Below are positions 1 through 7,745 of a stretch of DNA of 32,000 nt, one piece after another. The notes beneath the pieces were generated by a model. It saw only the letters and a list, made by a program, of their open reading frames with translations, had not been told where the DNA came from and did no database searches. The DNA is taken from positions 1-32,000 of the forward strand of contig JBAZYK010000012.1 in NCBI GenBank assembly GCA_041659405.1, written 5' to 3'. Source of the stretch: Candidatus Altimarinota bacterium. Its GTDB lineage: Bacteria; Patescibacteriota; Gracilibacteria; UBA1369. Each line of letters starts with the position of its first letter. Position 1 is the first letter of the stretch. The translations under genes and the position numbers were made by a program.

Positions 1-29
1 CGGCAAGCCGTTCACAGGCTTCAGGGAAT

Positions 30-1406
30 TTGTGGGCTTCAAACCGTAATAAGGCCCAATGCCAGAGCTCCGCCACACATAAAAACACATCACTTAAATA
101 CGGTTCCCGCCGCGGCGCATCGCTTTTGATTTCGCTCGGGATTACCACCATCCTCATGCTTATGGCTGTCGGTATTGCCACCACCGTCACATCTTCTATT
201 CGCGATTCGGCCAATTTAAATCGCTCGCGGGAAGCCTATTACGGCGCAGAAGGTGCTTTGGAAGCAGGTCTAATGGCCAACTCCGAAAAAGGTCCAGGAT
301 ACAGTACTAATGGCCAAGTTCCGGTCTATTTCGGGAATTTTAAAACATGTGAATCAAACGATCTGGACTGTTTAGCGAAAGCCCCAAAATATGAAATCAA
401 GGGACAGGTGCAAAAAAAATATTTCTCAGGTGATTACGGCATCCCTACACCCGGAACAGGAACGGTAGGCAAAAACTGCAATCCGTTGAAAGCCCAAATT
501 AAAGATCCACTTTATTTTAATGCAATAGATGGCAAATATTATCCATCACTAGATCTCGACAATAAGTACATTCTGGTTGATCCTCCTGAAGAAAATCCCT
601 GCAACTGGAACAAAATTAAATATGGTGAAAGTGTTTCGATCCCGCTTTATGTAACTGTGGATCAGCAATATATGGAGGCCAACAATTTAACCTGCGACCT
701 GGATCCTTCCAACCCCAAAAAGGATTCATACATTTGCAACCCCAAAGATTTGGGGCTGACTTCTTTGATTATTAGAGTCAGGACGCCATGTGAAAAAGGC
801 GAGGAAATGTGCATTCAAGGCCATAGATATGACTTGAATGACCAAAACCAGGGCGATCTAAAAGTTGGGTACGATGATGCAGTTTTAGACTGGCAGATTC
901 AGGCTTCAGATAAAGGTGGAGGCAAAAGTTATGTGATGGTGCCGTATTATAAGTATAATGATATAACGGCATATGACTCTTCAGATTCAGAAATTTATGA
1001 AAGCCGAATCAATAGTTACCCAAGTAATCAATTAGAAATCAATCAAAATAGCGGTGTTGGAATGGACATTTCTCCGGGTGGCAAACAAAAAGGATCAATT
1101 TACAATTTTTTGACTAATCTAACCCCATGGAATCTTGATGGTGGCATTATCAGAACAGCTCCAACAGATGCCATCAATAAGCCGGTTTTAAAACTCACAG
1201 TTATAAACAAATTAGTTGACTTAAATAATGGTGGAGGTTCGATCCCAAACCTTGAATATCAAATTTTAATAAACACCACAAAAATCAGTCCCGCAGACAG
1301 CTCGCAAACCGTAACGGCCGAAGCTTTTTCAGGTGGCTTTAAGCAGGTACTGGAGTCAAAAACCGCCCAACAGGGAAATCAGATACAATATGTGATTCAA
1401 CAATAA
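30..1406 (+). CDS. PilX/GspK-like minor (pseudo)pilin of a type IV pilus / T2SS-like filament
   Basis: 458-aa ORF. The N-terminus RRGASLLISLGITTILMLMAVGIA (basic-Gly then a hydrophobic helix) is followed by AYYGAEGALEAGL, matching the PilX_N/GspK minor-pilin pattern, with a large unique C-terminal domain. The start is TTG and the frame stays open back to base 3, so the true 5' end may lie upstream of the window. Confidence 0.55.
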   Translation: MWASNRNKAQCQSSATHKNTSLKYGSRRGASLLISLGITTILMLMAVGIATTVTSSIRDSANLNRSREAYYGAEGALEAGLMANSEKGPGYSTNGQVPVYFGNFKTCESNDLDCLAKAPKYEIKGQVQKKYFSGDYGIPTPGTGTVGKNCNPLKAQIKDPLYFNAIDGKYYPSLDLDNKYILVDPPEENPCNWNKIKYGESVSIPLYVTVDQQYMEANNLTCDLDPSNPKKDSYICNPKDLGLTSLIIRVRTPCEKGEEMCIQGHRYDLNDQNQGDLKVGYDDAVLDWQIQASDKGGGKSYVMVPYYKYNDITAYDSSDSEIYESRINSYPSNQLEINQNSGVGMDISPGGKQKGSIYNFLTNLTPWNLDGGIIRTAPTDAINKPVLKLTVINKLVDLNNGGGSIPNLEYQILINTTKISPADSSQTVTAEAFSGGFKQVLESKTAQQGNQIQYVIQQ

Positions 1407-1428
1407 TAAATTTGTATCAAACTTCGCC

Positions 1429-1457
1429 TTTACAAATTTCAAAATTATGGTTATAAT
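1429..1457 (+). promoter_or_regulatory. sigma70-type promoter for the 719-aa surface protein gene
   Basis: TTTACA (1429-1434), 17-nt spacer, TATAAT (1452-1457); sits 27 nt upstream of the ATG at 1484. Confidence 0.4.
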
Positions 1458-1483
1458 TACAACTCTTTTAACCTAATCACCTT

Positions 1484-3643
1484 ATGCGTAAATTAGATGC
1501 TGCCGCTTTAGCTCTAAGTATGAGCTTAGCTGGAAATGGTTGTATTGGTGAAAACACCAGGGGGCATAGTGCGGAAATTGAACATATTGGTGAGCAAACA
1601 CAGGCATTGATTAATAGTTACGGACAGCTTCAAAGTGCGCCTTTTGCTAATCCAAATGCTATTGAAGGTGAGCCGAGTTTTTTGCCAAAAAGTGGAAAAT
1701 ATGATCATAAAATTTTATTCGTTTCAGATCGTTTCTCCGCTCCAAAAAAAGTTGATATATTATCAACAAAATTTGATGGAGTGAGCTACTCCACGCCACA
1801 AGCAGTTCTTGGATTAAATGATCCGGTTATCAATGAACAAAGCCCATTGATATGTGTACCTATAGATGGTTGCCCCACACCAAAAATTTTATTCAATTCA
1901 AACACTGGTGGCCCTACAAAATCAAGAGTTCGTGATTTTATTGAAGGAGATGGCGTAAATCCCGATAGCGCACCTGCAAATACTGAAGTGGTTTTGGGAA
2001 ATAACATTAATACTCTTGGGACGTTCTTTAGGCCCTCGGCCATTCATAACGGCTACATTTACGGTGGTTGGGATCCAAACGTGGACTACAACATTGCCCG
2101 CTTCAAAGTTGCGGAAATGTTAAACAATCCTAAACCGGAATTAATCAAAGGAGCCAGCGATCCCAACCTAGATGAAACGCACATCTCATTTAACGGGGAT
2201 GGTACAGTTTTATTAACCACAGCACCTACCGGAATCAATCAAGGAGAAATCAGTGAATGTGAATTTGATGAGGTCAATATTGCTGTTCAAAATTGCCAGA
2301 AGGTCCCTTCCATGAGTGGAAACCCGGCCACACAAGCAAATGCCTCTCACATTACCGGAACAAATCTTGTAGTTTTAAATGATTCCAACACGCCAAATTT
2401 CAAACCCCAAATCAAAATCGCCACAATCACTTCCCCTAAACCGGACGGTGGTGCACCGGATGGTGGTATTTCAGACGCAGGTGTAGACGCAGGCGCAGAT
2501 TCCGGTGCCCCCGATTCCGGCGCAGATGCAGGCAGTGATGCCGGGGCCCAAGACGGCGGTGTCGACGGTGGTAGCCAAGATGCCGGTGTTGGTGGCGCAG
2601 GTGGTGCAGGTGGCGCAGCTCCGGACGCAGGCCAAGGTGGCCAATCCCCGGACGGTGGTGCGGCTGGCGCAGGTGGAAAAGGCCAAGGTGGAGCTGGTGG
2701 TATCGGCGGCGGCCTCAACACCGGCGGTCATGCCGGCCAAGGCGGTTCTCCAGCTGGAGGCCAAGGCCAAGGCGGCAGCGCGGGCGGCCCCGCAGAAGAC
2801 GGTGGCGCTGGTGGTTCAACCCCGGATTCAGGCACAAAAGACGCCGGTTCAGACGCCGAAACTCCAACTTGTACAAAACTTGAAAACGGTACAATTGTAG
2901 ACAACGCCGCAAATTTAAAACTTTCTTCATGCCAACCGGACGGTTCTTTTGAAGCGGAAGTCCTTGGCCCGGTCACAATCACAACAAAAGACGGAAAAGA
3001 AATTAAAATTTTTGGAATTACAAAAGGTCAAAATAACACTATTAAATTCACTTATCCAAACGGATTCATCCCGGGCGCAGGTATTGTGAATGCCGGCTTT
3101 CTTCAGGAAGAACATGATGATGGCACAGACTGGAATGCGAAGTTTTTAGGTGGATATTTAGGTGCAGATGGAACAGGATGGGTAATTGCCTCCGAGAAAT
3201 CCACTTTTGATAGCGCAGTTAAATTAAACAAAATGACTGCTAAAGAAGCTGAATCATTAGACACAGCACTCAAGACCCTAAACGCTGATACCTCAGCCAA
3301 ATTCGTAGCCATTCATCAATATGATGGTAGCTCAAAATTTTGTTATCCCGGAAGTGACTCCAATCAAAACTGTACAAACGTTCCGGATGATACAAATTTA
3401 TATTTAAAAGTTCAGGGCGGCAAAGTTACAGGCGCCAGTGACAACCCGGATGGTTTTACAACCGTTAAAGTTGATCCGGTAAAAAATGGTGAACCTGAAC
3501 AACCCGGAAGTTGTGGGGCCTGCGAAGTTGGCCCAGGCGCATTCAATTCCGTAGACCATGGCCAAGATTCAACCTATGCAGCATTGGCCGCACTGACAAT
3601 TCTTGGACTTGCAGCTCGCAGAAAAAATAGGGCAACCGCCTAG
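1484..3643 (+). CDS. large secreted/surface protein: lipobox-like signal, Gly/Ala/Asp-rich low-complexity core, C-terminal Cys-motif + TM + basic anchor
   Basis: 719-aa ORF. N-terminus MRKLDAAALALSMSLAGNGC is a signal peptide with a lipobox-like LAGNGC. The central ~140 aa are DAG/DSG/GQGG-type low complexity. The C-terminus is GSCGACEVGPG...AALAALTILGLAARRKNRATA. Confidence 0.85.
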   Translation: MRKLDAAALALSMSLAGNGCIGENTRGHSAEIEHIGEQTQALINSYGQLQSAPFANPNAIEGEPSFLPKSGKYDHKILFVSDRFSAPKKVDILSTKFDGVSYSTPQAVLGLNDPVINEQSPLICVPIDGCPTPKILFNSNTGGPTKSRVRDFIEGDGVNPDSAPANTEVVLGNNINTLGTFFRPSAIHNGYIYGGWDPNVDYNIARFKVAEMLNNPKPELIKGASDPNLDETHISFNGDGTVLLTTAPTGINQGEISECEFDEVNIAVQNCQKVPSMSGNPATQANASHITGTNLVVLNDSNTPNFKPQIKIATITSPKPDGGAPDGGISDAGVDAGADSGAPDSGADAGSDAGAQDGGVDGGSQDAGVGGAGGAGGAAPDAGQGGQSPDGGAAGAGGKGQGGAGGIGGGLNTGGHAGQGGSPAGGQGQGGSAGGPAEDGGAGGSTPDSGTKDAGSDAETPTCTKLENGTIVDNAANLKLSSCQPDGSFEAEVLGPVTITTKDGKEIKIFGITKGQNNTIKFTYPNGFIPGAGIVNAGFLQEEHDDGTDWNAKFLGGYLGADGTGWVIASEKSTFDSAVKLNKMTAKEAESLDTALKTLNADTSAKFVAIHQYDGSSKFCYPGSDSNQNCTNVPDDTNLYLKVQGGKVTGASDNPDGFTTVKVDPVKNGEPEQPGSCGACEVGPGAFNSVDHGQDSTYAALAALTILGLAARRKNRATA
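2440..2870. repeat. GC-rich cryptic low-complexity repeat block inside the 719-aa CDS
   Basis: Reiterated ggtggtgc / gcaggtgg / ggccaaggtgg units encode PDGG, DAGxDAG and GQGG runs. A hand count of line 2581-2640 gives 43/60 G+C (72%). The block generates several spurious ORFs on both strands. Confidence 0.8.
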
Positions 3644-3686
3644 TAAGTTAAGCCTAAAAAGCTTGGTTTTGATAGCCTAAAACTCC

Positions 3687-3725
3687 AAAAAATGCTATAA
3701 TAAAGGGATTTATAGCATTTTTTTA
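3687..3725 (+). terminator. intrinsic-terminator-like hairpin with U-tract
   Basis: Perfect 14-bp inverted repeat, aaaaaatgctataa (3687-3700) / ttatagcatttttt (3710-3723), with a 9-nt loop. It ends in a run of 7 T, 44 nt after the stop at 3643. The stem is AT-rich with only 2 G:C pairs. Confidence 0.5.
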
Positions 3726-5852
3726 ATGCCACTTAAGCAAACCGCCAAACCATTTTGGAAAAATAAAACTTATGCAGCAGTACTTTTTGGTCTTGTTTCG
3801 GCCATTATTTTTGCTTTATTAGCGGCTACTCAAGCTTTTAACCCCTTGCAGCTAAGATTCGCCGATTACCTTTATTCAGAGCGTAAAACTGCAGATATTA
3901 TAATCGTAAAGGTTGATGATAAATCCTTAAGTACAAGTGATGGATTAGGCAATTTTGAAAATTGGAATCGTTCGTACTTTGCAAAAGTATTAAATACAAT
4001 CAATAAATATAATCCAAGCGTTGTAGCTTTCGATTTCCGCTTTAAAGATGCAAAGGATGAAGAAAATGATCAGGTTTTTAAGAAGTCGCTGGAAGGCACT
4101 CTTAAGCCAATAATTATTTTTTATGCTCAGCTCAGTAAGACTGTTAATGGATATTCGGTAGAGGGAAAAGAAAGAAAAACTGCAAAGCCCATAAAATTGT
4201 TTTCCGAAATTAAAAACATAATTACTGCGATCACTAATTTTATTGCAGACCCCGACGCCGTCGCCCGCCGCATTCCTCCATTCATTTTCAATGAAGCCTC
4301 AAACACCTACAACGAAAATCTTTCGCTTGCCATCGCTCGCCGCGTTTTTGGTGACGCTTCAATGCCGCAAGCTCCGGATTTTACGCCTGATCAATATTCA
4401 ATAAATAAAGCTGACGGCAGTAAAATAAACATCCCTCTGGAAGATGGCCAGATGCTGATTAATTACGCTTCCAATCCCGAAAAGACCGGCTATTCAAACG
4501 TCTCTTTTGTTGATGTTTTCAGAGAAAATTTTGGCAACGGGGATCCGCAAAAACTTTTTGAAAATAAAATTGTTTTGATTGGTCCAACTGCACTTTATTT
4601 TAAAGATCAGGTCCCGACTCCAATGAATAAAAAATATTTAATGGATGGCGTGGAAGTGCATGCCAATGCGCTTCAAACCATTTTGGAACAGAAATTTCTT
4701 CGCAATGAAAGCCTCACCGAAAAAGCGATAATCATCATGTTTTTGGCTTTTGGTGGAGCTTTTCTTTTTATGTTTACCAAAATTCGCTGGTCGCTTTTGG
4801 CTCTTGTTGCAACACCAACCGTTTACACACTCGCGGCTCCTTTTGCCTTTCAGCACGGCCTTATTCTTGATTTAATTCATCCGTATCTCACGCCTGTAAC
4901 GGTTTTTGTGGCTGTCTACATGTATCGTTATGTCACTGAATTTAAGGAAAAATTGGCTTTAAAAAGCGCTTTTGGCAAATATGTGAATCCGGAAGTGGTT
5001 AATCAGATTATGGCTCATCCGGAAAAACTTAAACTGGGCGGTGAAAAACGCGCTATAACCGTTATTTTTACCGACATAGTACATTTCACCACTTTGTCCG
5101 AAAACCTTAAACCGGAGAGCCTTGTGGCTCTTTTAAACGAGTATTTTGAGGCCATGTCCGGGGTTATTCTGGCAGAAGGTGGAACTCTTGATAAATTTGA
5201 AGGAGACGCCATTATGGCCTTTTTTGGAGCTCCGCTTGAACAGCCGAATCATGCGCTTAAAGCCTGCACGGTAGCACTGAAAATGCGCCAAAAACTTGGT
5301 CAATTACTGCAAAAATGGCAAACAGACGGCCCACTTCCGGGTGGTGAAAAGAAGCCAATGCTTGATTTCCGCTGTGGAATCAGCTCCGGCGAGGCAATTG
5401 TAGGAAATATTGGATTTTCCGAGCGCTTTGATTACACCATTATCGGCGATACCGTGAACTTGGGTTCAAGGCTTGAAGGAGCCAATAAAAAGTATTCAAC
5501 CAGCATCATGATCAGCGAGCCGGTTATGCTTCTGGTTCAAAATTATTTTGAAATGCGCGAGTTGGACACAATCAAAGTTATGGGCAAGAACAAGCCAATG
5601 AAGGTCTATGAACTTCTGAATTATAAAGGCCAACTTGTGCCACAGGCGCAAACATTGCTTGCACTTTATGGCCAGGGAATCCAGCTTTATCACGAACGCA
5701 AATTCGCCGAAGCTTTGGAACAATTTAAAAAAATCCTGGAAACATACCCAACCGACGGCCCATCAAAATTATACCGCCAGCGTTGTGAGGTACTAAAAGA
5801 TTTCCCTCCAAAACCCGATTGGGATGGAGTATTTGAAATGGGGACTAAATAA
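3726..5852 (+). CDS. CHASE2 sensor domain-containing class III adenylate/guanylate cyclase
   Basis: 708 aa. An N-terminal TM is followed by a CHASE2-like periplasmic region (IIIVKVDDKSL...VVAFDFRF) and a three-TM block. The class III cyclase core reads ITVIFTDIVHFTTLSE...FEGDAIMAFFGAP...GEAIVGNIGF...DYTIIGDTVNLGSRLE. The tail is TPR-like. Confidence 0.9.
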   Translation: MPLKQTAKPFWKNKTYAAVLFGLVSAIIFALLAATQAFNPLQLRFADYLYSERKTADIIIVKVDDKSLSTSDGLGNFENWNRSYFAKVLNTINKYNPSVVAFDFRFKDAKDEENDQVFKKSLEGTLKPIIIFYAQLSKTVNGYSVEGKERKTAKPIKLFSEIKNIITAITNFIADPDAVARRIPPFIFNEASNTYNENLSLAIARRVFGDASMPQAPDFTPDQYSINKADGSKINIPLEDGQMLINYASNPEKTGYSNVSFVDVFRENFGNGDPQKLFENKIVLIGPTALYFKDQVPTPMNKKYLMDGVEVHANALQTILEQKFLRNESLTEKAIIIMFLAFGGAFLFMFTKIRWSLLALVATPTVYTLAAPFAFQHGLILDLIHPYLTPVTVFVAVYMYRYVTEFKEKLALKSAFGKYVNPEVVNQIMAHPEKLKLGGEKRAITVIFTDIVHFTTLSENLKPESLVALLNEYFEAMSGVILAEGGTLDKFEGDAIMAFFGAPLEQPNHALKACTVALKMRQKLGQLLQKWQTDGPLPGGEKKPMLDFRCGISSGEAIVGNIGFSERFDYTIIGDTVNLGSRLEGANKKYSTSIMISEPVMLLVQNYFEMRELDTIKVMGKNKPMKVYELLNYKGQLVPQAQTLLALYGQGIQLYHERKFAEALEQFKKILETYPTDGPSKLYRQRCEVLKDFPPKPDWDGVFEMGTK

Positions 5853-5912
5853 AAACAGCCTGAAGCATAAATTCATTTCACTGCAAAATTGCCAACCCCG
5901 TTTTTACACCAA

Positions 5913-6533
5913 TTATTTTTCAATATTTAGGGTAGGAGAACTCACGTTTCCATAAATACTTCCAGGGCCAACCTCATTTGGATCGTTAACAATTTTTATC
6001 TGTTCTCCATCAGCTTTTTCTGCTTTCCAATAAATTCTTGGCGGAAGAGCTTCAAGCTCTTCAGGAGTAAAATCTTTTTCGACACTGAACTTTCCTGCCT
6101 GTAAATCAACTTCAAACAGTGACTCACTCTCTTCGTTGATTGAATCTGTTGCAAAAGCCTTAAGTACAAATGCTTCAGGATTCGAGGCCTGAATAGAAGC
6201 TTTATTTCCCGCAAAAGCTGTATGAAAATGACGATCCTGCATAGCTTCCATGGCGTCAGCAACGCCTTCATTGGAATTTGTTGAACCAGAAGAGTCAGTT
6301 GCAGTTTGAGCAACAGCATCTTTATGAGCACCGGAATCATGATCCACCTGGCCACCGCAAGCGGCAGCAACAATCACCAAAAGCGGAGCTAAAGCCTGCC
6401 TAAATCTGCCCATAAGTGAGCGCACTTCAGAAGTTCTTGTGGAACCACTTTCAACTCTAGTTCCAACAGGAACAGTTAGACCTGAATCTACTGTTCTACC
6501 CGAATCCGCAGATGATAAAGGTGAATTTCTCAT
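5913..6533 (-). CDS. hypothetical lipoprotein
   Basis: Internal signal peptide with lipobox MGRFRQALAPLLVIVAAAC|GG. The start is ambiguous: TTG 6587 (ORF track), ATG 6533, or ATG 6413, which puts the signal peptide at the N-terminus. A good promoter at 6559-6587 excludes 6587 and favours 6533 or 6413. Confidence 0.6.
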   Translation of the reverse strand: MRNSPLSSADSGRTVDSGLTVPVGTRVESGSTRTSEVRSLMGRFRQALAPLLVIVAAACGGQVDHDSGAHKDAVAQTATDSSGSTNSNEGVADAMEAMQDRHFHTAFAGNKASIQASNPEAFVLKAFATDSINEESESLFEVDLQAGKFSVEKDFTPEELEALPPRIYWKAEKADGEQIKIVNDPNEVGPGSIYGNVSSPTLNIEK

Positions 6534-6558
6534 AAAATATTTAAAATCCTCTAACCCA

Positions 6559-6587
6559 AAAATAACACGAAAAGGGTTGATTTTCAA
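6559..6587 (-). promoter_or_regulatory. sigma70-type promoter for the lipoprotein gene
   Basis: On the minus strand: TTGAAA (6587-6582), 17-nt spacer, TATTTT (6564-6559). Confidence 0.35.
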
Positions 6588-6604
6588 GCCAAAACAGCTA
6601 TAAT
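6577..6604 (+). promoter_or_regulatory. sigma70-type promoter for the 368-aa surface protein gene
   Basis: TTGATT (6577-6582), 16-nt spacer, TATAAT (6599-6604); sits 27 nt upstream of the ATG at 6631. Confidence 0.4.
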
Positions 6605-6630
6605 TACAAGCCGTTATTTATAAGATATTT

Positions 6631-7737
6631 ATGAGCATTCAAGGACCAGATGGAAACGATCACACTATGGACGAAACCACTGCCCCGGGGACAGTAGTAA
6701 AGGTAACTCCGGATGAAACCCCAATCCCAACTTTTGTTGATGCGGGATCTTCGGATGCCACACCTGCACCGGTTGAAGCAGTAGCAAACCCTGTCGAGAA
6801 TTTACGTAAAGGGCCTTCAGGCGCAAGAACAGCACTGGCAATAATCGCCATTGCTACAAGCACTGCCCTTGCTGGTGGCGGAAGTGGGACGGATGAAAGA
6901 AGAAAGTTCACTCCGGGCCCATCACGCGTTTCTATCCGCCATGGAGCTTCAGGACAAGGTGGAAGCAACGGCCAAGGTGGCGCTGATAATAGCGTTCCCC
7001 CCGAAGAAGAATGCCCAACCCCCGTTAACGCAACACCTCCAAAATTCGTTCAAAAAGGAAAAGAAACAACAGTGGAAGGTGGATACGGAGCGTTATTTTC
7101 CCTTCCTATAGCTCCAGATACTATTATCTTTACATATAATGCCACTCTTGGCGCGAATGCCGCAGCAAAAGGCCAATTAAGACTCATTGATGGCGGAAAA
7201 ATCTGCATTCTTGAAACTGGCAAAAATTCCAAAGAAAATTCAACAGTTGAGGTGAAAGGTGAAGCTTCTGTTTCCATTAGAACCACTGGTAAATATTCCG
7301 TAAGTATTAGCCACAAAGCTCCTCAAAATCCAGGGGAACAACCTCAAATAGAGAGCATTAAAATTAGAGCATTGGAAGGCGAAACCATTATTGAGCAGGA
7401 AGGAAGAGACGAGCTAATTTCATTACGGGCAGGCGATACAGAAGGAAAAATAGCAGGTCAGGAAGCCGAGATTTCACTTGATATTGAAAGATTAAATGAT
7501 GCGATTTTAGGAGGCAATTGCGCTATTATAAGCCAAGGTCCGGGAGTTCCAGACTCACATGGGCAATCCGGTGATTCAAGCGACACAACGGTTTTAATTT
7601 TTGCCTGCACCGTGGGGATAGGCGCTCTAGCTCGTCGCCAAGGGCAAAAAGCAAAGGAAAAAGAATCAAAGGCAAAAGTAAAATCTCCAAAATTACCTGT
7701 GAATCATTTTTCCGGAAAAGGACAAAAACAAGCTTAG
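6631..7737 (+). CDS. hypothetical surface protein with internal TM/signal-anchor, GQGG stretch and C-terminal TM + Lys/Arg-rich tail
   Basis: 368 aa. It has a hydrophobic segment ALAIIAIATSTALAGGG, the stretch GASGQGGSNGQGGADNS, and the C-terminus DSHGQSGDSSDTTVLIFACTVGIGALARRQGQKAKEKESKAKVK. Confidence 0.7.
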   Translation: MSIQGPDGNDHTMDETTAPGTVVKVTPDETPIPTFVDAGSSDATPAPVEAVANPVENLRKGPSGARTALAIIAIATSTALAGGGSGTDERRKFTPGPSRVSIRHGASGQGGSNGQGGADNSVPPEEECPTPVNATPPKFVQKGKETTVEGGYGALFSLPIAPDTIIFTYNATLGANAAAKGQLRLIDGGKICILETGKNSKENSTVEVKGEASVSIRTTGKYSVSISHKAPQNPGEQPQIESIKIRALEGETIIEQEGRDELISLRAGDTEGKIAGQEAEISLDIERLNDAILGGNCAIISQGPGVPDSHGQSGDSSDTTVLIFACTVGIGALARRQGQKAKEKESKAKVKSPKLPVNHFSGKGQKQA

Positions 7738-7745
7738 AAAACTTT

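Noticed and set aside
1236-1246. GGTTCGATCCC, a tRNA T-arm-like string
   Set aside because: The flanking bases cannot form T-stem, acceptor or anticodon arms (GGAGG does not pair with CCAAA), and it lies inside the minor-pilin CDS.
2347-2982. Five overlapping ORFs (60-131 aa) on both strands across the middle of the 719-aa gene
   Set aside because: They coincide exactly with the 72%-GC low-complexity block, where stop codons are rare in every frame. Their products are P/A/R-rich nonsense, and the long plus-strand frame is continuous with clear flanking domains.
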